A DNA stretch of 64,000 nt, taken from an uncultured Gammaproteobacteria bacterium (GTDB taxonomy: Bacteria; Patescibacteriota; Microgenomatia; Levybacterales; UBA12049). Positions 1-9,485 of this stretch are shown in pieces. The stretch covers positions 31,154 to 95,153 of the forward strand of contig CAZWXQ010000003.1 of NCBI GenBank assembly GCA_964637955.1, written 5' to 3'. Position 1 is the stretch's first letter. Every line of letters begins with the position of its first letter. Under the pieces are notes generated by a model. The model saw only the letters and a program-made list of their open reading frames with translations, ran no database searches and was not told where the DNA came from. A program made the translations under genes and the position numbers.

Positions 1-1
1 T

Positions 2-694
2 TTGACCCAGGCGGATCTAGAAATTGGTGCTTTCATAATTTCAGAAATAGAAAAAAAATTTCCAGACCATAATATTATTGACGAAGAAGCTGGAGTAATT
101 GATAAGGGCTCGGATTTTACCTGGGTGGTGGATCCAATTGATGGAACCAGTAATTTTGCAAATGGCATTCCAACATTTGGAATCATAATTGGACTTTTAA
201 ATAAAGATTTACCAATTGCCGGAGGGGTTGCACTTCCACGCTTTGATCGTATAATAACTGCAGAAAAAGGGAAGGGTGCATTTGAGGGAAATAGAAAACT
301 TCAGATATCTAATGAAAAAGAATTAAAAAACTGTTTGATAGCGTATGGAATTGATGGGCATCAAGAAGATCCTAATTTAACTTATGGTGAATCAAAAATT
401 CTTGCTGATTTAGTTTTAAACATAAGAAATCTAAGAAGTAGTAACAGTGTTTTTGATTCCGTAATGGTTATGCAAGGTAGCTACGGAGCATACATGAGCA
501 AATCTTCAAAGATTTGGGATAATGTGGGTCAGCACATAATTATTGAAGAGGCGGGGGGAATTTATACAGCCTTTAATGGAGAAAGAGTTGATTATTCAAA
601 TCCACTAGAAAAGGCTGGAAAATTATTTAGTTGTTGTTTTGGAGCTCCTCAAATACATAAGCAAGTTCAGGATATAATTAAGCCTTTGATTTAA
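2..694 (+). CDS. Inositol monophosphatase family protein (5' truncated by window edge)
   Basis: Motifs QADLE, DEE, WVVDPIDGTSNF, KIWD...EEAGG. Confidence 0.92.
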   Translation: MTQADLEIGAFIISEIEKKFPDHNIIDEEAGVIDKGSDFTWVVDPIDGTSNFANGIPTFGIIIGLLNKDLPIAGGVALPRFDRIITAEKGKGAFEGNRKLQISNEKELKNCLIAYGIDGHQEDPNLTYGESKILADLVLNIRNLRSSNSVFDSVMVMQGSYGAYMSKSSKIWDNVGQHIIIEEAGGIYTAFNGERVDYSNPLEKAGKLFSCCFGAPQIHKQVQDIIKPLI

Positions 695-1100
695 AAGGAT
701 TAAAGCCTTGTTTTCTTAAATTTGCTACAGGAATGAAAAGAGGTTTTGGAAATTTATCCCAAGAAAACCAATCTAATTCTTCGCATTTTTCAGGTTCCAT
801 ATTCTTTACTTCTCCAGATTTAATTTCCGCTGTTACGAAAAGAGTTATATAGTGTTTGTTTTCTTTCTTGAAAAAGTCATTTGTAAATGCAACTGGTTTG
901 ATTTTTGTTAGAATAATTCCTGCTTCTTCTTTTGCTTCTCTTTTTGCACAGTCTTCAAGTCTCTCATTAAATTCGAGGTGTCCACCCACAAATGCCCATG
1001 TTCCGTTTCCGTGAGAATTTTTTCTTTTTAGGAGAAGTACTTTATCTTTTTTAATTATTATTACTCCAACACCAACTCGAGGGAATTTGGCTTCATTCAT
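678..1100 (-). CDS. Nudix hydrolase (NUDT15/MutT-like)
   Basis: Nudix box GGHLEFNERLEDCAKREAKEEAG; PRVGVGV start; NMEPEKC motif. Confidence 0.92.
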   Translation of the reverse strand: MNEAKFPRVGVGVIIIKKDKVLLLKRKNSHGNGTWAFVGGHLEFNERLEDCAKREAKEEAGIILTKIKPVAFTNDFFKKENKHYITLFVTAEIKSGEVKNMEPEKCEELDWFSWDKFPKPLFIPVANLRKQGFNPFKSKA

Positions 1101-1550
1101 TTAGGAAAGTTTTTGCTTAACAATATTACTTACCATACCCATGTCTGCTTTGCCTTTAAGTTTCCCATTCAATGCGCCCATGAGTTTTCCCATATCTTGC
1201 ATTGAAGTTGCGCCAGTCTCGGTTATGGTTTCATCTACTATTTTTCTAACTTCTTCTTCAGGCATTTTTTCAGGAAGATATTCTTGGAGAATTTTAAGTT
1301 CTTCTGCTTCTTTATCGACTAATTCTTGGCGTCCTGCTTTTTCGTATTCTGAGATGGAATCTCGTCTTTTTTTTGCTTCTTTTTCAATTACAGCCAATAT
1401 ATCTTCAGGAGTTGCCTCGTATCCAGCGCCACCTTTTTCTATTTGATAGTAACTGATAGATGACATTAGCATGCGGATAGTAGACTTCTTAACTTCATCT
1501 CCGGATTTCATGGCAGATATTAAGTCTTGTTGTAATTTTGCTTTATCCAT
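1101..1550 (-). CDS. yqeY: GatB/YqeY domain protein
   Basis: DLISAMKS, KEAKKRRDSI..Y..AGR, YLP, DMGKLMG, GKADMG. Confidence 0.92.
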   Translation of the reverse strand: MDKAKLQQDLISAMKSGDEVKKSTIRMLMSSISYYQIEKGGAGYEATPEDILAVIEKEAKKRRDSISEYEKAGRQELVDKEAEELKILQEYLPEKMPEEEVRKIVDETITETGATSMQDMGKLMGALNGKLKGKADMGMVSNIVKQKLS

Positions 1551-1564
1551 ACTGTGATTATATC

Positions 1565-2368
1565 TTATCCTTCGTTTCTTGCAAACTGGCCAGTATCTTT
1601 TGCCTTTTTAAACATATAATTAAAAAATATTAATGCTACAATTATGTAAATTGTGTTTTCCATAAAAGAAAAAGTATAGAGTCTATAATTTACTGCTCCG
1701 GTTTTTATCCCAAATCTTGCTGCTTCAAATACAAATGTAGGAGGGAAGAGTAAAGCAATTTTCTGAAGCCAATCAGGCAAAACGCTAAGCGGAAAGAAGG
1801 CAGCAGTTAAAGGTTGAAAAAGAAAAATTAATCCCCATGCTAAGGATTGGATTCTGGTTCCAAATCTAAATATAGCTCCAAGAATTGCTATTCCTGTAGA
1901 ACACCCAAACAAAACTAAACTAATAAAACTGAGAAAAATATTAGTTGAGCCCATATCAAGAATATTAAAACTGAAAATTATAAAAGCAATTAAGCTGAAT
2001 AATATAAATGTTAAAAATGCCTTTATAATTCCAGAAAGAATGTATGCAGATAAATACTCCGATATTGAAATTGGCGAAATAAACATATTACTTAAGTTTC
2101 TTGACCAAACATTCCAAAGACTTCCTACAGAAATTGAGTATTGAGTAATATAAATTATTTGCCACAGAATTATTCCCATTAGCAGATAATCATTTGTGCC
2201 AGAATTGTTTCCAGATAGAAATCTTGAAATAAATCCAAAGACTATTATGTTAATTGCAGGAAAGAAGAATATATCCATACTTACTTCAAGAGAGTGCTTG
2301 GTAATGTATAATTCTTGAAGTAAAATTGCTTTTATTCTAGCTAATGACATTTTTTTCCTTTCTGGCAA
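1565..2368 (-). CDS. ABC-2 type transporter permease
   Basis: About six hydrophobic segments, FFPLSVLPDWLQ motif, overlaps ABC ATPase gene. Confidence 0.88.
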   Translation of the reverse strand: MPERKKMSLARIKAILLQELYITKHSLEVSMDIFFFPAINIIVFGFISRFLSGNNSGTNDYLLMGIILWQIIYITQYSISVGSLWNVWSRNLSNMFISPISISEYLSAYILSGIIKAFLTFILFSLIAFIIFSFNILDMGSTNIFLSFISLVLFGCSTGIAILGAIFRFGTRIQSLAWGLIFLFQPLTAAFFPLSVLPDWLQKIALLFPPTFVFEAARFGIKTGAVNYRLYTFSFMENTIYIIVALIFFNYMFKKAKDTGQFARNEG

Positions 2369-3269
2369 TTTCTAAAAATACGTCTTCTAAGGTAGGTTTT
2401 TTAATTTCAATATCAGTTATCCAAATATCTTCCTGTCCAATTCCAAATATTATTTTTGGTATTAATTTTTCTTCAGCAGAAATATTAACGGTAAATTTTC
2501 TAATAAAATTATATTTATATTTTTTTGATTTAAGATATTTTTCGATTTTGCTTTGATCAGCATCGAAGGAAATTATGAGATCAGAGTGCGTTATTCTTTT
2601 TGTAAGCCCGAGCGGAGCATCTTTAGCGACTATATTTCCATGGTCGAGAAATATTACTTCATCGCATATTCTTGTAACCTCCTCCATATCATGAGAGGTA
2701 TATAAAATTGAAACTCCATCTTCTTTATTTAGTTTTTCGATAAGCTGTAAAGTTTTATCCGCAATATCTGGATCAAGAGAAGCAGTAGGTTCATCCATAA
2801 GAATTAATTCTGGGTCATTTATGAGAGATTTAACTAGGTTTACCCGGGCTTTTTGGCCTGAAGAAAGATTATGATATTGTTGATTCATGACTTCATTTAT
2901 CTCAAAATAAATAGCTAGTTCTTTTATTTTATTTTTAGGCTCTTTAACTTGATAGAGATGAGCAAAGACTAATAAATTTTCATAAGCAGAAATTCTTCCC
3001 TGAAGCGTATTGAAAGATGAAGTAAAATTTATTCTCTGGAGACAGTACTGTTTATTCTTTTGAAAGTCTTTCCCAAAATAAGAAATACTACCACCGTTAT
3101 TTAAAGTTATTCCAACAAGCATTTGAATGGTTGTTGTTTTACCGGCTCCATTTGGTCCAAGTAAGCCTATTATTTTTCCTTTTGGAACATCAAAAGAAAT
3201 CCCTTTAACGGCTTTATATGATCCATAATTTTTAACAAGGTTTTTTACCTCGAGAACGTTATTTTCCAT
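2337..3269 (-). CDS. ABC transporter ATP-binding protein (DrrA-like)
   Basis: Walker A GPNGAGKTT, LSSGQ signature, LMDEPT, SHDM, C-terminal PTLEDVFL. Confidence 0.95.
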   Translation of the reverse strand: MENNVLEVKNLVKNYGSYKAVKGISFDVPKGKIIGLLGPNGAGKTTTIQMLVGITLNNGGSISYFGKDFQKNKQYCLQRINFTSSFNTLQGRISAYENLLVFAHLYQVKEPKNKIKELAIYFEINEVMNQQYHNLSSGQKARVNLVKSLINDPELILMDEPTASLDPDIADKTLQLIEKLNKEDGVSILYTSHDMEEVTRICDEVIFLDHGNIVAKDAPLGLTKRITHSDLIISFDADQSKIEKYLKSKKYKYNFIRKFTVNISAEEKLIPKIIFGIGQEDIWITDIEIKKPTLEDVFLEIARKEKNVIS

Positions 3270-3320
3270 AGTCAGAATATTAAAGCTTCATATAAGTTTT
3301 AGTGAAAGAGGAAAGTAAGA

Positions 3321-4670
3321 TTAATTAATTTCTTTTATTCGGCGGAGTAAAAATTCTTTGTTATTTTTATCCATATCCTCGTCGACTTCTTCGAAAAGCT
3401 TCTGTAATATTTTACCAATTTCTGGTCCAGGTTTCAAAGAGAGTTCCGCCATCACGTCATTTCCGTCAATAGCAAGATCATTGATCGAAAATGGTTTTGG
3501 TGCGAGCTCTCCTGCGACTCTTTCTTTAAATTTCTTAAGACGCCAGCTCTCTGCTGTTTGGGTGCCTCCGCCTAGCCTATCTCCAATTCTAAGATCCATC
3601 ATATCAGCTACATTTTCTATGCCTATTCGTCTTATAAAGCGCCTAACACCTGCGTCACTTAGATTTTCATTTACTGAAAACATGTGCCACCTTATAAGAT
3701 TTACAATTCTGGAGGTTTCTTTTTTTGAGAAGCGAAGACGTGAACAAATTTCATAAGCTATTTTTGCTCCCGCAATTTCATGATTATAAAAAGTAACAAG
3801 GCCATCTTTATCTTCGCCTCTGACACGTGGTTTTCCGACATCATGGAGAAGTGTTGCGAATCTTACGATAGGATCTATGGCAGGTGTTTCTTTAAGTGAT
3901 AAAAGATTGTGTGTAAATACATCGGTGGTGTGATGTCTTCCTGGTCTAACTTGAGAAACACCAATTCCAAGTGTAAGTTCAGGTAAAATTATTTCAAGAA
4001 TTCCTGCTTCTTTGAGTAATATTATTCCTTTTGCAGGATTTGGGCTTCCCATAATTTTTAAAAGTTCATCGCGAACTCTTTCTCCGGAGATTTCTTTAAT
4101 AAGCTTTGCATCTGCTTTAATTTCTCGTCCAGTAGATTCGTCAATATCAAAATTTAGTTGCGCAGCGAATCGAATGGCCCGCATTAAGCGCAGCGCATCT
4201 TCCTTAAATCTTTCTTTTGGATTCCCAACGCATCTAATAATTCTTTTATTTATGTCATCCTGTCCATTGAAAGGATCCACAAATTCTTCTTCATTGTCAT
4301 TGATCTTCATTGCAACAGCGTTCATAGTGAAATCGCGTCTACTCAAGTCTTCCTCTATCGTTTTACCCCACTCCACTTTATCAGGATGTCTTTTGTTGCT
4401 AAATCCTTGTTCTGTTCTGTATGTAGTGATTTCAATGATCGAATTGTCTTCAAGGGGAATACCTACTGTTCCAAAATCATTATTGTAATAAGCTCTTTTA
4501 AAGAGCTTGGTAATGTCTTCTGGTTTTGCGTTTGTCGTCATGTCATAGTCTTTGACTGGAATTTCCATGAGTAGATTTCTTACGCCTCCTCCTACGAAAT
4601 ATATTTCAAAATTTGCTTCAGTAATTTTTTTATAAATTTCTAAAATTTCCTGAGGTATTTTATTTTTCAT
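3321..4670 (-). CDS. cca: CCA tRNA nucleotidyltransferase with HD domain
   Basis: VGGGVRN..DYD, EDLSRRDFTMNA, RFKEDALRLMRA, LLHDVGKP; both tRNAs in the window lack encoded CCA. Confidence 0.88.
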   Translation of the reverse strand: MKNKIPQEILEIYKKITEANFEIYFVGGGVRNLLMEIPVKDYDMTTNAKPEDITKLFKRAYYNNDFGTVGIPLEDNSIIEITTYRTEQGFSNKRHPDKVEWGKTIEEDLSRRDFTMNAVAMKINDNEEEFVDPFNGQDDINKRIIRCVGNPKERFKEDALRLMRAIRFAAQLNFDIDESTGREIKADAKLIKEISGERVRDELLKIMGSPNPAKGIILLKEAGILEIILPELTLGIGVSQVRPGRHHTTDVFTHNLLSLKETPAIDPIVRFATLLHDVGKPRVRGEDKDGLVTFYNHEIAGAKIAYEICSRLRFSKKETSRIVNLIRWHMFSVNENLSDAGVRRFIRRIGIENVADMMDLRIGDRLGGGTQTAESWRLKKFKERVAGELAPKPFSINDLAIDGNDVMAELSLKPGPEIGKILQKLFEEVDEDMDKNNKEFLLRRIKEIN

Positions 4671-4717
4671 TGTTATAGTTTTCCTTCTTTGTTATAGTAT
4701 ATCAACATTCTAAAATC

Positions 4718-6457
4718 TTGGTAATCATGAAGAAATGGGAGTTGCAAAATAAAACAAAAATTGACTCAGAAAAATTTGAATATTCTAACTTAGTAAATAT
4801 ACTTCTTGAAAATAGGGGAATTAAGATTAAAAAAGAAATTGAAGAGTTTCTAAATCCTACTCTTGAAAATTTAACCGCTGAGAATTTAGGCATAAACAAA
4901 AAAGATCTTGATAAGAGTTTAGTTCGAATTAAAAAAGCCATAAAAAACAAAGAACAGATAATTATTTTTGGAGATTATGATGTAGATGGTATAACTGGTA
5001 CGGCGATTCTCTGGGAAAGCTTGAATAGCTTAAAAGCAAATGTCATGCCTTATATTCCGCATAGAATTGAAGAAGGTTATGGTCTCTCCATAAAAGGAAT
5101 TGATTTAGTACTCGAAAAATATCCTGACGCCAAGATTATCATTACAGTAGATAATGGAATAGTTGCAAATGAAGCCGTAGAATATGCAAATTCAAAAGAC
5201 TTGGAAGTGATTATTACAGATCATCATGCTCCAGGAGAAAGTTTGCCAAGGGCTTTTGCTATAGTTCATAGTACAAAAATTTGCGGTTCTGCAGTCGGAT
5301 GGTTTTTATCGAAACAAATTACCATTTACCAATTACCAATTACCAATGAATTTATAATTAAAAATTTTAAATTGAAATTTGATAACGATGAACATCTGAG
5401 TTTAGTAGCATTGGCCACTGTTGCTGATGTCATGAAGCTTAATGAGTTTAATAGAAGTTTACTTGTTTTTGGATTAAAACAATTACATGTTACTAAAAGA
5501 CCAGGACTTATTGAGTTGTTAAAATTGTCGCAAATAGATCAAGAAAAAATTGGCGTATATGAGATAGGGCACATTATTGCGCCAAGATTAAACGCGATGG
5601 GGCGAATCGAACACGCGATGGATAGTCTTAGATTTCTTTGCACAACCAATTTACCTCGTGCCAAAGAACTAGCCAATAAACTTCATATGACAAATAAAGA
5701 CAGGCAAGAATTAACTTTTGATTCCTTAATTCATGCAAAAAATACTGTGGGGGAAAGTAAAAATAAATTAATTATTATTTCAGACAAAAGTTACCAGCCG
5801 GGAGTTATTGGATTAATTTCAGGGCGGCTTACTGAAGAGTTTTATCGCCCATCCATGGTGATTTCAGAAGGTGAAGAGTTTAGTAAGGGGTCTGCGAGAT
5901 CAGTTCATGGATTTAACATAATTGAATTTATTCGGCAGTTTTCAGATTTACTAATAGATAAAGGTGGGCATCCAATGGCTGCGGGATTTACTTTGAAAAC
6001 CAAAGATTTGGGAGTATTTAAAAAAAGAGTTGAGGAAAAAGCCGAAAAAGAAATTGATAAAGATATCCTTATTCGAAGTCTGAAAATTGATTTAGAGTTT
6101 CCATTAGGCTTAGTAGGATGGAAATTATTTGAAGAAATTTTTAAACTTGAGCCATTTGGATATGGAAATCCCGAGCCAACTTTTCTATCAAAAGATATTG
6201 AAATAACAGAGATGAAATTCGTTGGAAAAGAATCTAAACACTTGAAATTGAAATTCCAAATTCCAAATTCCAATTCCCAAATTGAAGGAATATTATTTGG
6301 TTACGATAAAAGTTTGGATTTAAAAATAGGGGATACTGTCAGTATTGTTTATTCGGTTTCTGTAAATGAGTGGAATGGAAATAAAAAGTTGGAGTTAAAA
6401 ATAAGGGATATAAGAAATGATTATTCGTCGCGTCTAACTCTAATTGGCTCTAGTTGA
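4718..6457 (+). CDS. recJ: Single-stranded DNA exonuclease RecJ (likely start ATG 4727)
   Basis: GDYDVDG, ITVDNG, TDHH, APRLNAMGR, KGSARS, GGHPMAAG, LEPFGYGNPEP. Confidence 0.96.
   Translation: MVIMKKWELQNKTKIDSEKFEYSNLVNILLENRGIKIKKEIEEFLNPTLENLTAENLGINKKDLDKSLVRIKKAIKNKEQIIIFGDYDVDGITGTAILWESLNSLKANVMPYIPHRIEEGYGLSIKGIDLVLEKYPDAKIIITVDNGIVANEAVEYANSKDLEVIITDHHAPGESLPRAFAIVHSTKICGSAVGWFLSKQITIYQLPITNEFIIKNFKLKFDNDEHLSLVALATVADVMKLNEFNRSLLVFGLKQLHVTKRPGLIELLKLSQIDQEKIGVYEIGHIIAPRLNAMGRIEHAMDSLRFLCTTNLPRAKELANKLHMTNKDRQELTFDSLIHAKNTVGESKNKLIIISDKSYQPGVIGLISGRLTEEFYRPSMVISEGEEFSKGSARSVHGFNIIEFIRQFSDLLIDKGGHPMAAGFTLKTKDLGVFKKRVEEKAEKEIDKDILIRSLKIDLEFPLGLVGWKLFEEIFKLEPFGYGNPEPTFLSKDIEITEMKFVGKESKHLKLKFQIPNSNSQIEGILFGYDKSLDLKIGDTVSIVYSVSVNEWNGNKKLELKIRDIRNDYSSRLTLIGSS
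5317..5347. repeat. Heptamer tandem repeat (AATTACC)n inside recJ
   Basis: aattacc-atttacc-aattacc-aattacc-aat, frame preserved. Confidence 0.8.
6251..6283. repeat. Heptamer tandem repeat (AAATTCC)n inside recJ
   Basis: aaattcc x3, aattccc, aaatt; encodes KFQIPNSNSQI. Confidence 0.8.
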
Positions 6458-6969
6458 TCAAGTTGTTGCATGGCTTGCTGTCTTTTTCCTGGATCGCGAA
6501 GACCATCCCAAATTTTTTCAGCGGCTAATTTCATATCAGGAATTCTCAGTAATTCAAGTACTCTTACAAAAGCATTATCCACTCTGGCTTTTTCTACTGG
6601 GTCTGTTGGATATAATTCTTGCAATGAGCTTAAAGGTGTTGTAACTTCTTCAGCTGGAGCTGGTTGCGTTAATAATACTTTATGATCGGGATCATGAGAG
6701 ACTACTGATCTTTCCAAAACTGCTAAATCTTTCGCTCTTAGCATCTTATCTGGTTGACCACTTTGCATGTCTGGACGTAGTTCTTCAACTCTGCGTCTAA
6801 ATGGTCCTTGTGCGGTAGATATTATTTCTTCGATCTCATCTTTATCTGGTACAGGATGACGAGCGAGGTGTCTTAATTGCTCGTTTCTTATCTCATGAGG
6901 TGTCATATCAAATGCGTCTCTTTTTTCGTGTGGTGTTGGATTTTCTGCTCCCATGCTTTCTTCTACCAT
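6421..6969 (-). CDS. Hypothetical protein
   Basis: 182-aa ORF preceded by a TTGACA-18-CATAAT promoter-like sequence; no family recognised. Confidence 0.7.
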   Translation of the reverse strand: MVEESMGAENPTPHEKRDAFDMTPHEIRNEQLRHLARHPVPDKDEIEEIISTAQGPFRRRVEELRPDMQSGQPDKMLRAKDLAVLERSVVSHDPDHKVLLTQPAPAEEVTTPLSSLQELYPTDPVEKARVDNAFVRVLELLRIPDMKLAAEKIWDGLRDPGKRQQAMQQLDQLEPIRVRRDE

Positions 6970-7111
6970 AACAAATAAAATTATGCTCTCAAACTGAGCG
7001 TAATGTCAATGTTTGTTATCACGCAAATGTGTATTAAAGCACTCTGAGATTTTGTTGTCAAGCATATTTGAGGCTTGTTTGAAGCTCGGCAAAATATTAA
7101 AATACGATGTA

Positions 7112-8533
7112 ATGGAAAGAACACTGATTAAAGATACAGTAAATAAGGTTGGGGAAGAAGTAGTTTTAAAAGCTTGGGTTCACATAAGGCGTGATCATGG
7201 TAAATTAATATTTCTAGATCTTAGAGATAGGACTGGTCTGGTTCAGGTGGTAGTTATTCCTCAGAGCTCCCCAGAAGCCCATGAAGAAGCCCAAAAGCTT
7301 AGATCTGAGTTTATCATTGAATTAAAAGGAAAAGTAAACCAGCGACCTGAAAGAAACGTAAATCCAGATCTAGTTACCGGTACAGTTGAGATCGAAGCAA
7401 AAGAAATAAAGATTCTAGCTGAAGCTCTAAATCCGCCTTTTGATATAACAGCAGATGGACTTGATATAAATGAAGAAATAAGACTTAAGTATAGATATCT
7501 TGATTTAAGACGCGAAAGAATGCAAAAAAATATAAGACTCAGGAGTGATTATATGCAAGCTCTCAGATCATCTCTTTTAAGTAAAGATTTTACAGAGATC
7601 GAAACTCCTATTCTTTCTAAAGCTACTATGGAAGGCGCAAGGGATTTCGTAGTGCCATCTCGTTTTCAGCCGGGTAAATTCTATGCGCTTCCTCAAAGTC
7701 CTCAGCAATACAAGCAGCTTTTAATGGTTTCTGGATTTGAGAGATATTTTCAATTCCCAAAATGTTTTAGAGATGAAGATCTTAGAGCAGATAGAGGATT
7801 TGAATTTTCGCAATTAGATTTAGAAATGAGTTTTGTAACTCGCGAAGATGTTATGGAGACAACGGAATCTGCAGTAAAAGCGGCAGTAGGTGCAGTTGGA
7901 GGAAAGTTAAAAGATCAAAAATTTCCAGTAATTGACTATAAAGATGCCATGGAAAAATATGGAGCTGATAAATTTGATCTGCGATCTGAAGAAGAGAAAA
8001 AAGATGGAACACTTGCCTTTGCATGGGTTATTAATTTTCCATTCTTTAGAAAAGTAAGTAAAACTGAGATCTCTGATATTCTTGATAGCAAAAGCGAATG
8101 GACATTCACTCACAATCCTTTTAGTATGCCTCTTCCAGAGCACTTAGAGTGGCTAATGAAGGGTGAAAATATCGATCAAATTAAAACCACTCAATATGAC
8201 TTAGTTTGCAATGGTCTTGAAGCAGGTGGAGGAAGTATCAGAGCGCACACTCCTGAAATTCTTAGAGCTACATATAAAATTATGGGGTATACGGATTCCC
8301 AAATAGAAGAGAGCGTAGGCCACATGCTTGAAGCATTTTCATTTGGAGCACCACCTCATGGTGGAATTGCACTTGGTCTTGATCGTCACATAGCTCTCTT
8401 GCAGGGAGAAGATTCTATAAAAGAGACAATGGCATTTCCTATGACATCGACTGGCAGAACAGCTGTTATGGACGCTCCTGCATCTATAGCAGAGGAGCAG
8501 TTAAAAGAATTGGGAATTAAAATATTAAAATAA
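7112..8533 (+). CDS. aspS: Aspartate-tRNA ligase, short form, probably non-discriminating
   Basis: RRDHGKLIFLDLRD, RLKYRYLDLRR, EGARDF, LPQSPQ, FRDED, GAPPHGGIALGLDR; start placed at MERTLIKD. Confidence 0.96.
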   Translation: MERTLIKDTVNKVGEEVVLKAWVHIRRDHGKLIFLDLRDRTGLVQVVVIPQSSPEAHEEAQKLRSEFIIELKGKVNQRPERNVNPDLVTGTVEIEAKEIKILAEALNPPFDITADGLDINEEIRLKYRYLDLRRERMQKNIRLRSDYMQALRSSLLSKDFTEIETPILSKATMEGARDFVVPSRFQPGKFYALPQSPQQYKQLLMVSGFERYFQFPKCFRDEDLRADRGFEFSQLDLEMSFVTREDVMETTESAVKAAVGAVGGKLKDQKFPVIDYKDAMEKYGADKFDLRSEEEKKDGTLAFAWVINFPFFRKVSKTEISDILDSKSEWTFTHNPFSMPLPEHLEWLMKGENIDQIKTTQYDLVCNGLEAGGGSIRAHTPEILRATYKIMGYTDSQIEESVGHMLEAFSFGAPPHGGIALGLDRHIALLQGEDSIKETMAFPMTSTGRTAVMDAPASIAEEQLKELGIKILK

Positions 8534-8546
8534 ACGTTTAATCTTC

Positions 8547-9485
8547 ATGAGTTTCAAAGATTCTTTTAAAAAGAATAAATTTAAAATATTCTATTTAATT
8601 GTTTTAGGAATTATTTTTGTAATTTTTATTTTTATCGCTGCGATTAATTTTCAAATAAAAAGACAAATTCCAAAATATAATATTAACTTAAAACCAATTT
8701 CTTTTAATCCAGCACCTTTTCCTCAAATAATAAATAATTATCCTCCTGAAATTTCCGCACAAGGAGCAGTAATACTTGATGAAGATTCCAGCGTGGTGCT
8801 TTTTGAAAAAAATTCAAATCTAAGATTTTCACCTGCATCTACAACAAAAATTATGACTGCGCTTGTTGCCCTCGAATATTTTTCACTTCAAGATATTCTT
8901 ACGGTTTTCAGAGATGATGTGGAGGGTTCAACAATCAAGCTTTCAAAAAATGAAAAAATGACATTTGAAAATCTGATGTATGCCATGATGCTTCCATCTG
9001 CGAATGATGCCACAGTCGCAATTGCCCAGAACTACCCTGGAGGTCAAGAGGCTTTTGTGAATCGCATGAATGAAAAAGCAAAAGAATTAGGTCTAATTAA
9101 TACTCATTTCCAAGATCCTGTAGGGCTTATGGATATTGATGATTATACGACTCCAATTGATTTGGCAAGGCTTAGTGTGATCGCTATGAAGAATCCACAG
9201 ATTGCAAAAATAGTATCCACAAAAAATAAAACAATCACGAATGCTGAAGGAAAAACGTATGACTTGGAAAATTTAAATATTCTTCTTGATCTTCCTGGGG
9301 TAAATGGAGTTAAGACTGGGTTCACGGAGGAAGCAGGTCAAGTTTTGGTGAGTAGCAGGAGGGTCCCAAGTACAAATAAAGAGGTAATAATTGTTGTTAT
9401 GCAGAGTCTTGATAGATTTGGTGATTCAGAGTCATTGATGAATTTCTTGGACAATAATATTAGTTATTTATCCATTCGTCCTTAA
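8547..9485 (+). CDS. D-alanyl-D-alanine carboxypeptidase (peptidase S11)
   Basis: ASTTK (SxxK), SAN (SxN), KTG; N-terminal TM anchor. Confidence 0.93.
   Translation: MSFKDSFKKNKFKIFYLIVLGIIFVIFIFIAAINFQIKRQIPKYNINLKPISFNPAPFPQIINNYPPEISAQGAVILDEDSSVVLFEKNSNLRFSPASTTKIMTALVALEYFSLQDILTVFRDDVEGSTIKLSKNEKMTFENLMYAMMLPSANDATVAIAQNYPGGQEAFVNRMNEKAKELGLINTHFQDPVGLMDIDDYTTPIDLARLSVIAMKNPQIAKIVSTKNKTITNAEGKTYDLENLNILLDLPGVNGVKTGFTEEAGQVLVSSRRVPSTNKEVIIVVMQSLDRFGDSESLMNFLDNNISYLSIRP

Noticed and set aside
7013-7111. 33-aa N-terminal extension of AspRS
   Set aside because: It starts at TTG and shows no AspRS-like character; homology begins at MERTLIKD (7112).
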